From the human T2T-CHM13v2.0 reference genome, Homo sapiens: a stretch of 64,000 nt of DNA. The number at the start of each line of letters is the position of its first letter. Positions within the stretch are counted from its first letter, which is position 1. The notes beneath the pieces are model-generated. The model had not been told where the DNA came from, made no database searches, and was given only the letters and a program-made list of their open reading frames with translations. The stretch lies in the NCBI RefSeq assembly GCF_009914755.1, contig NC_060934.1. One strand, 5' to 3'. Made by a program: the position numbers and the translations under genes. This document shows positions 30,550 through 43,400 of this stretch, in pieces.

Positions 30550-31562
30550 TGTTACGAGAGAGAACAAATTGATAGCCGTAAAAGAAATAATGTGCAGTTT
30601 TAAAAGCAAGTTAAAACTGTTGCTACCTTAGTATTGGCTGAGGTCACAAGATAATAGTCACCAACAATGCCCACAATCCAAAGGGAAGTGTGATATCATC
30701 ACACCAGAATGTTCCAAAACTCACCTAAGAGTTGGTTTGCTAAACTTTAATGACCTCAAGCCTATGAAAGAGCTTGGAAAGACTGAGTTAACTAGAAATT
30801 ACAAGACAAATTTTGGAAAGTCATGTCTTTATGTGGTGAATCCCATCCATCCCTGGAGAGATTAGAGTATATTTTCCCCGCTGCTCAAGCCTTGGGGAAA
30901 GGCCTTGGTAGGACCACTGGGTGAGATTTACATGTTTATCTTGGAATTTTGATGACACTGCGCATGGATGTCTGACTTATTTCAGTAAAACCAAAGCATG
31001 AAAGGCTGTAACTGACTGGCTGCTCTGACAGCATAGTAAAAGCATATCACTGCTTGGTGAAGGCTGCCACTCAGCATTCATCAGAACAAATAATGTTTAT
31101 GTTGAATCTGGCCCACAGTCTTCTCAGCAGGGCCAGATGAGAGAGTAAACACAAGGGAAAGATGCTGGGAGTACTACATTGTATGTGTAAGTTTTGCAGG
31201 AGTTTTAAGTGTTTGGGCGTTGGATCTGCATTCAGCAACATTAAGGTAATGATGGTTTTCAACTAGATCATCAGCAATGATGGAAAGCTCTTATGAGAGC
31301 TACACATCATCTATCTATACATCATACAACGAACTATTACAGAGAAATTTTCAGATTTAACTCATGACCAGAAGAAGCAATAGACTACTACATTTTAAAT
31401 ACTGGAGGAACAGGAGAAACTCTAAGCAGGAAAACAGAACAGAAGCTTACCAATAGACTTTAGCACTTTTCCCAGTGCAGAAGCCAGGCTGAAGTATACC
31501 CAGCACAAGAGCAAGAAGAAAGTACAACTTAAAAGGTTCTATATTTTATTATTTGAATAAAA
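30550..31562 (+). pseudogene. Unidentified decayed coding-like segment (processed pseudogene or transposase/ERV relic)
   Basis: Higher GC, purine-rich + strand, long runs with few stops across shifting frames, ends in TAA then AATAAA; parent not recognised. Confidence 0.4.
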
Positions 31563-31799
31563 TATTTTGAGGAGCATACAATAAATTTTAAAAATTTTAT
31601 TCCATAAGATTTATCAGAAAAGTTGATGAGGATAGATTCAGATTTCAACCAAGATAGAAGAAAAAAATGTATCACACAGAGTGGCTTACAATGGGCAAAG
31701 GAAAGAAAATAATGAAGTTAATTTCTATTAATATCCAATGAGTCCCTCTTGTTCAATATACAAATTATATAATCTTTAAAATTTGGTAATATTTTAAAT

Positions 31800-31930
31800 T
31801 CCCACTACTCCACTGTCATCATTTTGCTAATGAAAACACTAAGATGCAATAGGGTTAAGCACTTCCCCAAGCTATGTGGCTTTCAGTGATGAGTTAAGTT
31901 TAGAAAACAAGTCTCACAGTGCATGGTCCA
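31800..31930 (-). mobile_element. MIR remnant
   Basis: attttgctaatgaaaacactaag...gggttaagcacttccccaag. Confidence 0.55.
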
Positions 31931-33739
31931 TTGTGACAGTAAAAAGAATGTGCCTTATAAAAGCTTTATGGTATGGCAATGTTCCAATGATTTTCTCTTA
32001 TTGGCTCCCTTAACATCAGTTCCCAGCTACACCCCTGTCAGCTGAAGTCTCACTGCTATATTCTCTTATTTTTTCTCTGCCCCACATCATATGTTCCTGT
32101 AAAAAAATAAGTTATCCTAAAATAACCTAATATATGATGCCACAACTCTGTTAATGGCAGTTCCCTCTCTTATTCTTTAACACTTTTAATCAAAAATTTA
32201 AACATTGACAAACAAAGCGTTAGTCCAAAGAATAGTTTTGTAGTTTAATGGACCATTGTAGACATTGGGTGAATCTACCCAGATTGTCTCTATTTATTCA
32301 CAATTGCATGTTTCAATTAAGCAAAAGACTAGTTGTGATTTTAAAGAAAGATAAAGAGAATTGCATTGAAAACTCATAGGTAATAAACTATTTAATTTTG
32401 AAGGATACATATATTAATGTCTATCCTTAGCCCATGTTGAATATCATTTATGTATTCCATATGGCTTGAGCTGCTATTGACTAGTTGAAAAAAAAATACC
32501 ACGATCTAGTATTTATTTCATCTAATTAAATATTCAATAATTCTGTCTTTAGAATTTTTCCACTTATACTTGAAGCATATTTCTGTCATTGTTATTGTTT
32601 TGTGGTTTTTCTTTTCCTCTCCTTTTTTAAACTCAAGCATTTTTACATGTTCTTATTAAACCTTACAAGGCATATGCATATAACGTCACATCACTGCAGG
32701 TTTTAGTTGTAAGTTCTGAAACGGACATCTCTTATTCTGGAATTCATTTATTGATATTGAACATTAGCTAATCCACAGAATTTCCAAGTTATCTGGGGAG
32801 TCAGTGTTTTGAAAAAAAGCAAAAAACAGATGAACTATGCCTTAAGAGTAATTTTCAAATAATATCACAGGATAATTGTGGTGAGGCTGCTTCTTCCTCT
32901 ACTCTTTAACACTAAACAATGTAATTCATACTATCAACACTTCCACCCCTCATATTAGCTGCACCTGCTAGCCTTGTGGCCACTGCTATCCTTTATTCAC
33001 AGCAAATGACTAATGGATGCAGTGGCTCTTCTTATAAAGACAAGAACTCTAGAGGTTAACACAAGTTCTAGATTTCCTCTATCATAACTGCCTGTATTCT
33101 TATGGGTAAGTTATTTTACTTTTTTGGGTTTAAGTTTTTATATTTTTGAAGTCAAGATCACTTTCACTACCAATAAAAACTATAAAAGACAAAATATTAA
33201 CTACGTGTGTGTACACACACACACACACATCTGCTTGAAGATATAGGAACGTGAAACAGCAGGTTGTATAGAAATTCTTGGCCAAGATACAGAAGATGGA
33301 AAGTTAGAGAGGTGAATACAATAATTAAAGTTGGATGCCTCAAGGGATAATTTCACTACTTTCAGAGATAGAGCAAAACTATTGACAACTTCACATGGTT
33401 AGAGAAGCGAATGTGAAAGTCCATGGCTCACTAAATGTGGGGCATTGGCAAATCTCTTGTACATTTAGTTGGGATTAAGTAATACACTAAAAGTAATTCA
33501 TTATTTGAGTATTCTAGAGAAATTCAAATTCTGCAATTAAATTCACATGAGTCCAGATGATTGTTGATTTATTGTCTGCAAGTAACAGATGAAAATCCCT
33601 TTAAATTTTAAAGATGACAGTAAAGTATATTTAAAAATAAAAAAAATCAAGCTCATGCAGAAATACAGAAACACAGACCCATTCTCCCCACCCCACTCCA
33701 ATCCAAACAACAATAAAACAGGTAAGACATGGGAAGATA

Positions 33740-34063
33740 GGCTAGGCGCTGTGGCTCACGCCTGTAATCACAGCACTTTGGGAGGCCAAGGCAGGTGGAT
33801 CACGAGGTCAGGGGATTGAGACCATCCTGGCTAACATGGTGAAACCCCGTCTCTACTAAAAATACAAAAAAAAAAAAAAAAAAAAAAAAAAATTAGCCAG
33901 GCGTGGTGGCGGGTGCCTGTAGTTCCAGCTACTCGGGAGGCTGAGGCAGGAGAATGGTATGAACCTGGGAAGCGGAGCTTCCAGTGAGCCGAGATCGCTG
34001 CCACTGCACTCCAGCCTGGATGACTAAGCAACACTCCGTCTCAAAACAAAACAAAACAAAAAA
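33740..34063 (+). mobile_element. AluY with expanded central A tract (27 A)
   Basis: AluY diagnostics (accatcctggctaac, gagaatgg, ggagctt); TSD aagacatgggaagata / aagatatgggaagata. Confidence 0.93.
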
Positions 34064-36387
34064 AAGATATGGGAAGATAAAACACATGAATGATAACCAG
34101 AAAAAAATACATATCAATGAAGACTCCATATATCAGAATCCTATATGTTCTACATACTTAAAATAAATATATGTTTTATGATAAAGGAGATAAAAGTTAT
34201 GTTTGAAAATTCCACTGGAGAAAAATCTACGTTCTGGTCGAAAAAAATACCAATAAATATTTTAAAAAGAAAGCCCATGACTCCCCTATGAACACTTGTG
34301 CTTCAGAAAGAGATGTTTCTGGAGAGAAATATCTAAGCAAATATTAACAAAAATACACAAAGATATATCACTGTTTCAAAGGCCAGATAATATGAAAATG
34401 GCTACTAGAAAATCTGTGTATAAAATCCAGAGCAAGAGCCTATTTTGAAGAGCTCTCTTTTGACCCACTAACCAAAAATGGTAAAGTATTCTATGGCTCA
34501 CCATTGACGTGTGAACATGACATTATTTTATTCTATTGTCTTGATGAAAGTCATGGGTCTGTGCTTGCAGGTGGATTGCTACAGTGCCCTTGGGAACTAG
34601 CCATGGTAGCAAACAGTATATTTCCTTAGGAGATGGGCCTTGAAGCAGTTCTACCTGTGAACTCAAGAAGCCCATTTCTTTCCACTATAAGATATGGCAT
34701 GACTTACGTCAGCTCCAAAGACTCAGTGTATTTGCTTCAAATGACTTTCAGGATATCACAATCAAGATGATGCCTACTTCAACCTGAATCATGACTATTA
34801 TTCTTAACTAATAATAGTCTAATGACCCTGCTATCTTTCATCACAGAGTGCTGCTTGGCATATTCTTTAAGAGAAACTGGCTTGGTCATTAACTTTGATT
34901 ATGAGACTAATCTTCTAGCACTTGATACATACACATAGAAACTTTGAAGCTTCAATTCTGAGTTTCAAAGTTATGTATGCATATGCACATATGCATACAC
35001 ATATTCATGATACATAACAATAACTTAAAGCTGATTCTTCTGTCGACCTACCTTCCTGCTTTAGTTTATATAAATGGCAGTTAATTATTTAAAAGTGTGT
35101 TATTTTAAATAAATAATTATATTCTTTCATTATAAAAAGCTATATTGCATAGCATGAATGAGTGTACTCAAAAACTCAACTTATTTTAATTTTAAGTACA
35201 CTTAAAATAGTCTACTATTTCTGGTGTACATAGGACCTTTTAAATTAACAAGTAATTTTTAGACTTGCTATACAAAACCTCAGGTCATGTGTCTGTTTGT
35301 TTCCAAGTAAGAAATAAATGATGTTAAAGATAAAATGTCCTCATATAGATACACAAAATCAGTGATTGCCAGAAATCTGAAGTAAAAGTCATGAATAGTG
35401 AAGAGCCAAAAACAGCATATGATCCTTTAATCACCTCATTGTTAGTGTTTACAAAAAAGAACATTGCAAACCTATTATTTAAGTTTGTATTTCCCTTGCC
35501 ACAACTTACTACCAAATAATCACTAAATGCTTTGCTCAGAGTAGTTTCCCACATACGTTCTTATTATTCTGCTGCTTCCTAGTTTGATGGAAATTTACAT
35601 TCTGCCGTCTGTGCAAAGACACAGTCCCGGCATTACCACAGCTCTATGACCAAGTTGTCAAATAATTGGTTTGCCAACCACTAAGTCACATAAGGGAATA
35701 AAAATCTAAGAGCTTTATTCAATAAGACAAAATAACAAGGATTATAAGAAGTGTTCCAAAGCTATTATGTGTAGGTATTAAAAGTAATTTTTGTTCGGTG
35801 TGTGCTTTACACCTACACAATTATCAGACAAAAGTTTTTATAAGAAAATGATATTGTAGGTATTAAATCATTAAGATACATGAAAATATGTGGGTCCTAG
35901 AGCATTATTCAATAAGACAATGAAAAGAAGGACTGTAAAATCATCCCAAATATTTGATATGTTTCAGCTTAGAAAAGAATGTCTTAGGTGTTTTATATCA
36001 GCATTCCTGTTAACATTTCCCGATTAGCAACTTAACCATCCAAAGAACATTCAAAGTATTAATGTTTAACTTAATTATCCACCAAAGTTAACATATTATA
36101 TTGTGCTTGAGAATATTTTCAAACCCAATATGATATGATTGTATCTTATCTACCTTACTGGACATATGCTGATCTTATTATAAAGTTTAGTTGAAAGGAC
36201 AGATAAAATTAAAATCTATGGATATAATATATTAAAGCCAATAACTTTCTACCATATTCTATGAATAAAAATACATTTACTTAAATTAATGTCTCCTTTT
36301 TATCTTTTGGCAAAAAATTATTTTTAGGGAAAAATACCCAAATATAAGCAAATTCAAGAGTTTGATTTTGCCTTAAAAAGGTGATGA

Positions 36388-36510
36388 TTTTGCTATTGTG
36401 AATAGCACCACAATGACAGAATCACCCTTAGCCAAAATTTCAGCACCACTCAGTATTCCCATGTGACAAACCTGCACATGTACCCCCTGAATCCAAAATA
36501 AAAGATAGGG
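36388..36510 (+). mobile_element. Very short L1PB/PA16-like 3' end with a short inverted 5' piece
   Basis: catgtgacaaacctgcacatgtaccccctgaatccaaaataaaag 3' end preceded by antisense L1 tttgctattgtgaatag; flanks share ttaaaaaggt. Confidence 0.6.
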
Positions 36511-36869
36511 TTTTAAAAAGGTAGTGTTTTGATTACTATTTTAATGTTAAGTTAGTGGTGCTTTTCAATTACTTGTACCAACCACCTAAATGACATCTAT
36601 TAAGTATTATTCCTCTGTTGAATATACAAATGTGTTTACCATTTTCTCATGGGTTTAAGGATGATCCTGATGTTGTAAATTTTCTAGAGAAAAAATAAAT
36701 ATGATTAGGCCTATCTATGACCTGCAGGTTTCCAAATTCTATATTCACTGAGTACAAGGTATTTTTTATATTCTATCAGTGTCAGCGTTGAAACTCTATC
36801 AGAAAAACTGAAGTCCCAAAGGGATCCAAGCAGAAATAAATTATTATAAGGCAAAAGGTGTTTATAATC

Positions 36870-37527
36870 TTAGAGACATCAAGGTGACCCCCAGTATTTG
36901 ATGCCTCCTCATGCTCACAACTTCTTTAATCCCTTCCACTTATGTGTGGGCCAAACCTGTGATTTACTTCTCACCAAAAGAATATTCCAAAGGTAATGAG
37001 ATGTCACACTCATCATTATGTTACATTATATAGTACTATATTTTAGCAGACTGGGTCAGGGGAGAGAAGGAGGGTGAGAAAAGAGGTAGGGAAGCAGAGA
37101 GAGAGAAAAAAATGAGAGAAAGAGAGAAAGAGAATTTTCTTTTGAAAATCTTCTTAATTTTCATAAATTAAGAAGTGATGTTGGAGAAGTCCAAATAGTA
37201 AGAACCTTCAGGTGGCCTCTAGGAACTATGAGTTCTCTGGGGCCTGAGGGTGGCCTCTAGCTAACCAAGAGAAAATAGTCGGAGCCATCATACAACCAAA
37301 AGGAAATAAATAATGCCATCCACTTGTTGGTGTTGGAATTCTTCCCCATTAGAATCTTCACTAGTTATGCTTCCAGATGAGAATCCAGTCCAGCCAACAC
37401 ATCGATGGAGCTCAGGACATAGCTAGGTGGTACATAAACCCCTGACCCCAAAAATCTATGAGATCACAAATATGTTTTGTTTGTAGCTAAATATGTGGTA
37501 AATTGCTACACAGAAACAATGAATGCA
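36870..37527 (+). mobile_element. MLT1E-like MaLR solo LTR
   Basis: aaggtgaccccc...aaaggtaatgagatgtcac...ggtggcctctaggaact...ccagatgagaa...aaattgctacacag. Confidence 0.7.
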
Positions 37528-37944
37528 CTATCAAAAAATAAATAATCAAGCTCGGAAAAGATTACTGTTAGCTCTCTCTGGTTTACCCCGAAGGTCTTCG
37601 GAATGGAAACTACTAGTGATTAGAGATTCGTATTCTCCCAAGATAAGTGATTTGCATGCATCACAACAACTGAGTTCAATGCAAAATCTTGAATCAAAAA
37701 TGATCCACCAACTATCCACTGGGATATCGAAGGAAAAAAAAAAGCTTAGGTTTTTCTTTTGCCTTTCAAATATCTTGAGTACCTCTCTTACCTGAATGGA
37801 AACAAGAATTCTTCTGGCAAGAGACTCGAAGAAATAGATTCCTCTAACTTGAAACATCTATTTAGCACCTAGTAATAGATGAAAAATGGCATTTTCATGG
37901 TTAGATGTACTGCCTCTCTATGAATCTAATTCCTATGGGAGGCA

Positions 37945-38643
37945 ACATGTCATTATATTTTGATTTGCATTTTCCTTATAATTTATGATGTTGAGCAGTT
38001 TTTGCTCATGTGATGTTGAGCACACACCTTTTGGCCATTTGTATGCCTTGAGAAATGTCTGTTCAGACCTTTTGCTGATTTAAAAATTATTTAATTTTTT
38101 TAATTTTTATTTTAGTTGTTGAATTGTTTGGGTTTCTTATATATGCTAGATATAATCCTTTGTCAGATGCATAATTTACAAATATTTTCTCCCATTCTCC
38201 TGGCCATCTATTCACTCTATTGATTCCTTTGCTGTGCAGAAGCTTTTTAGTTTGACATAATTCTATTTGTCTATTTTTGCTTTTGTTGCCTGTGCTTTTG
38301 AGGTCTTATCCAAAAATTCCTTGTCCAAGCCAATGTCATGAAACAGTTCCCCTATATTTTTTTCCTAGTAATTTCCTAGTTTCAGTTCTTACATTTAAGC
38401 CTATAATCCATTTTTAGTTGATTTCAGTATATGGCAGAGATAAGCATCTAGTTTCATTCTTCTGCATGTGGATATCCAGTTTTCCTAGCACCATTTATTG
38501 AAGACACTGTACTTTCCCCAATGTATGTTTTTGGTGTCTGTTGAAGATCATTTGGCATAAGTGTGTAGATTTATTTTGGGGTTCTCTATTCTGTTGTGTT
38601 GTGCATATGTGCCTGTTTTTATATCTGTACCATGCTGTTTTGG
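37945..38643 (-). mobile_element. L1MA ORF2 3' fragment
   Basis: ttgatttgcatt...gctgtgcagaagctttttagtttg...ccagttttcctagcaccatttattgaag. Confidence 0.85.
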
Positions 38644-39110
38644 ATTCACTTTACCTTTATGGACATGCACAGACTGAAAGTGAAGGGATAAACAAGTATA
38701 TTCCATGCAAATGGAGACCGAAGAAGAGCAGGAGTTTCTATATTTATAGCAGATAAATAGACGTTAAGCCAAAGACTATAAAAAGAGACAAAGCCATTCT
38801 ATAATGATAAAACGGTCAATACAGCAGGAGGATATACAATTCTAAATATATATACACCCAACACTGGGGCACCTAAATATATAGAGCAAATATTAAGAGA
38901 CCTAAAGGAAGAGACAGACTACAATACAATAATAGTAGGGGACGTCAACACCCCACTCTTAGCAGTGAACATGTTACTCAGACAGAAATCAACAAAGAAA
39001 CATCAATCAGAGTTAAACCATTTTCTAGACTAAATGGACCTAACAGACATTTGCAGAACATTCCAACCAACAGACCCGAAACATACACTCTTCTCAAGAT
39101 GGAGCATTCT
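38644..39110 (+). mobile_element. L1MA endonuclease-region fragment, inverted relative to its neighbour
   Basis: ttccatgcaaatgga...aataatagtaggggacgtcaacaccccact...atggacctaacagacatt. Confidence 0.8.
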
Positions 39111-39317
39111 TTAATATTCTTTTTTTTTAAGGTGGCTGGAATTTTTGTTGCTTCTATTAATTTTTCAGAAAAATATTAGTGAGAAACCAACTGCTCCCAG
39201 GTACTAAATTGTGGATATACACAGATAAAAAATAGTGTCTAGATCTGCAAGGGGCTTAGAAACTAGTGAGGCAATGACTTACATCAGTTTGGGCATGGGA
39301 AGTAAATGACTATTTTT

Positions 39318-40008
39318 TAAAATAATTAAAACTTTTATTTTAGATTTGAGGGTACATGTGTAGATTTGTTACATGGATATGTTATATGATGCTGAGGTTT
39401 GGGCAACAACTGAACCTGTCACCTGGGAAGTGAGCATAGTACTTAACAGTTTTTCAGCCCTTACCCCTATCCTTTCCTCTCCCCTCTAGAAGTCCCCAGT
39501 GCCTATTGTTGCTCTCTTTATGACTGTGAGTACCCAGTGTTTAGCTCTCATTTCTAAACGAGAATATGCAGCATTTAGTTTTCTGTTCCTGTGTTAATTT
39601 GCTTAGGATAATGGCTTCCAGCTGCATCCATGTTACTGCAAAGGACTTGGTTTCATTCTTTTTTATGACTGTGTAGTATTCCATGGTGTGTATGTACCAC
39701 ATTTTCTTCATCCCAGTCCACTGTTAATGGGCACCTAGATTGATTCCATGTCTTTGCTATTGTGAATAGTGCTGTGATGGACATACGAGTGCAGGTGTAT
39801 TTTTGGTAGAATGATTTATTTTCTTTTGGATATATACCCAGTAATAGGATTGCTGGGTCAAATGGTAGTTCCATTTTGAGATATTTGAGAACTCTTCAAA
39901 TTGCTTTCCAGCATGGCTGAGCTAATTTACATTCCCACCAACAGTGTATATGTGTTCTCTTTTCTCCATAGCCTTGCCAGCATCTGTTGCTCTTTGACGT
40001 TTTTATAT
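39318..40008 (-). mobile_element. L1PB/L1PA16-like 3' fragment (~690 bp)
   Basis: aacttttattttagatttgagggtacatgtg...gatgctgaggtttggg; ORF 39653-39874 ELPFDPAILLLGIYPKE. Confidence 0.88.
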
Positions 40009-40477
40009 AACATACTCAGGGTGGGTATGTTTGGTTCCCAACCTATCCAAGTTAAAATGTTTTACCATTTTAAGTTTTACTTGATACCAGTATTCATAGT
40101 CAAATAATTTTAGATTTTTTCCTAGAGTTTGCAGTATAAAAAGTCAGGAATAAGATGAGGAAGCTAAAGGAAGAACTTGACTTACAAAAATTCTGAAATA
40201 CTAGAGAAAGGCTTTAAATAATTAGTTTTGTACAATTATTGATTAGTTGACATCTAATTACAACATATTTAATTGGCTTGGGGCTTGGTGTGTTTATGCT
40301 GCTTAATCCTAAAGTTTGTATTCAAGCACTTAAAAGGATCGGTTAATTATTTTTTATTTAAGTTGTTTCTGGAAAATTGTGTAGAATAAAAATAACTCAA
40401 AATATATGTGTCCTTTAATACTTCAGCACTTTTGTAAAGTATATAACATTTCTTTGGTTTGCTACTTATCACCTTTT

Positions 40478-43400
40478 TAATTTTTTTTTATTATTATACT
40501 TTAAGTTCTGGGGTACATGTGCAGAATGTGCAGGTTTGTTACATAGGTATACACGTGCCATGGTGGTTTGCTACACCCATCAACCCATCATCTACATTAG
40601 GTATTTCTCCTAATGCTATCAATCCCCTAGCACCTCACCCCATGACAGGCCCGGATGTGTGATGTTCCCTCCCTGTGTCCATGTGTTCTCATTGTTCAAC
40701 TCCCACTTATGAGTGAGAACATGTGGTGTTTGGTTTTCTCTTCCCATGTTAGTTTGCTCAGAATGATGGTTTTCAGCTTCATTCATGTCCCTGCAAAGGA
40801 CATGAACTCATCCTTTTTTATGGCTGCATAGTATTCCATAGTGTATATTTGCCACATTTTCTTTATCCAGTCTATCATTGATGGGCATTTGGGTTGGTTC
40901 CAAGTCTTTGCTATTGTGAATAGTGCTGCAGTAAACATATGTGTGCAGGTATCTTTATAGTAGAAAGATTTATAATCCTTTGTGTATATACCCAGTAATG
41001 GAATTGCTGGGTCAAATGGTATTTCTGGTTCTAGATCCTTGAGGAATTGCCGTTCTGTTTTCTGCAATGGCTGAACTAATTTACACACTCCTAGCAACAG
41101 TGTGAAAACGTTCCTATTTCTGCACATCCTCTCCAGCATCTGTCTCCTTTTTAATGATCGCCATTCTAACTGGTGTGAGATTGTATCTCATTGTGGTTTT
41201 GATTTGCATTGCTCTAATGATCAGTGATGATGCCAATTATGTGATTAATTTTAGAATAAGTGTGATGCAGTGCTGAGAAGATTGTATATTCTGTTGATTT
41301 GGGGTGGAGAGTTCTGTAGATGTCTATTAGGTCCACTTCATCCAGAGCTGAGTTCAAGTCCTAAATATCCTTGTTAATTTTCTGTCTCGTTGATCTGTCT
41401 AATATTGACAGTGGGGTGTTAAAGTCTCCCACTATTATTGTGTGGGAGTCTAAGTCTCTGTGTAGGTCTCTAAGAACTTGCTTTATGAATCTGGGTTCTC
41501 CTGTATTGGATGCATATATATTTAGTACAGTTAGCTCTTGTTATTGCATTGATCCTTTACCATTATGTAATGCCCTTCTTTGTCTTTTTGATCTTTGTTG
41601 GTTTAATGTCTGTTTCATCAGAGACTAGGATTGCAACTCCTCCTCTTTTTTTTGCTTTCCATTTGCTTGGTAAATATTCCTCCATCCCTTTATTTTGAGC
41701 CTATATGCGTCTTTGCATGTGATATGGGTCTCCTGAATACAGCACACTGTTGAGTCTTGACTCTTTATCCAACTTACCAGTCTGTGTCTTTTACTTGGGG
41801 CATTTAGCCCATTTACATTTAAGGATAATATTGTTATGTGTGAATTTGATCCTGTCATTATGATGCTAGCTGTTTATTTTGCCCATTAGTTGATGCAGTT
41901 TCTTCCTAGCATCGATGATGTTTACAATTTGGTATGTTTTTTCAGTAGCTGATACTGTTTTTTCCTTTCCATTTTTAGTGCTTCCTTCAGGAGCTCTTGT
42001 AAGGCAGGCCTGGTGGTGAAAAAATCCCTCAGCATTTGCTTGTCTGTAAAGGATTTTATTTCTTCTTCACTTATGAAGCTTAGCTTGTCTGGATAGGAAA
42101 TTTTGGGTTGAAATTTTTTTTCTTTAAGATTATTGAATATTGGCCCCCACTCCCTTCTGGCTTGTAGAGTTTCTGCCGAGAGATCCACTTTTAGTCTGAT
42201 GGGCTTCCCTTCGTGGGTAACCTGACCTTTCTCTCTGGCTGCCCTTAACATTTTTTCCTTCGTTTCAACCTTGGTGAATCTTAAAATTATTTGTCTTGTG
42301 GTTGCCCTTCTCAAGGATCATTTTTGTGGTGTTCTCTGTATTTCCTGAATTTGAATGTTGGACTGTCTTGCTAGGTTGGGGAAGTTCTCCTGGATAATAT
42401 CCTAAAGAGTGTTTTCTAACTTGGTTCCATTCTCCCTATCACTTTCAGGTACATCAGTGAAACATAGGTTTGGTCTTTTCACATGGTCCCGTATTTCCTG
42501 GAGGTTTTGTTCATTACTTTTCTTTTTTTTTCTCTGATTTTGTCTTCACACTTTATTTCATTAAATTGATCTTCAATCTCTGATATCCTTTCTTCCGCTT
42601 GATCAATTAGACTATTGATACTTGTGTATGCTTCACGAAATTCTTGTGCTGTGTTTTTCAGCTCCATCAGGTCATTTATGTTCTTCTGTAAACTGGTTAT
42701 TCTAGTTAGCAATTCCTCTAACCTTTTTTCAAGATTCTTAGCTTCCTTGCATTGAGTTAGAACATGCTCCTTTAGCTCAGAGGAGTTTGTTATTACCCAC
42801 CTTCTGAAGCCTACTTTTGTCAATTCCTCAAATTCATGCTCTGTCCAGTTTTGTTCCCTTGCTGGCAAGGAGTTGTGACCCTTTGGAAGAGAAGAGGCAT
42901 TCTGGCTTTTAGAATTTTCAGCCTTTTTGCACTGATTTTTCCTCATCTTCGTGGATTTATCTACCTTTGGTCTTGGACACTGGTGACCATCTTTGTTGGG
43001 ATTTTTCTGTGGAAGTCCTTTTTGTTGATGTTGATGCTAATCCTTTCTGTTTGTTGGTTTTCCTTCTAACAATCAGGACCCTTTCCTGCAGGTCTGCTGG
43101 AGTTTGCTGGATGTCCACTCCTGACCCTCTTTGCCTGGGTATCACCAGCAGAGGCTGCAGAACAGCAAAGATTGTTGCCTGTTCCTTCCTTTGGGAGCTT
43201 CATCCCAGAGGGGCACCCACCAGATGCCAGCCAGAGCTCTCCTGTATGAGGTGTTTGTTGATCCCTGCTGAGAGGTGTCTCATAGTCAGGATGCACAAGG
43301 GTCAGGGACCCACTTGAGGAGGCAGTCTGTCCCTTAGCAGAACTTGAGCACTGTGCTTGGAGATCCACTGTTCTCTTCAGAGACAGCAGGCAGGAACGTT

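Noticed and set aside
30690-30920. Faint similarity to creatine kinase (HTR...ERLEYIF...LGKGL), MKRN and RPP40 peptides
   Set aside because: Motif order, spacing and DNA-level similarity are inconsistent; judged coincidental.
33205-34999. Short palindromes (gtgtgtgtacacacac at ~33205; gtatgcatatg-ca-catatgcatac at ~34975) as RNA hairpins
   Set aside because: Low-complexity purine-pyrimidine repeats with no miRNA-like context.
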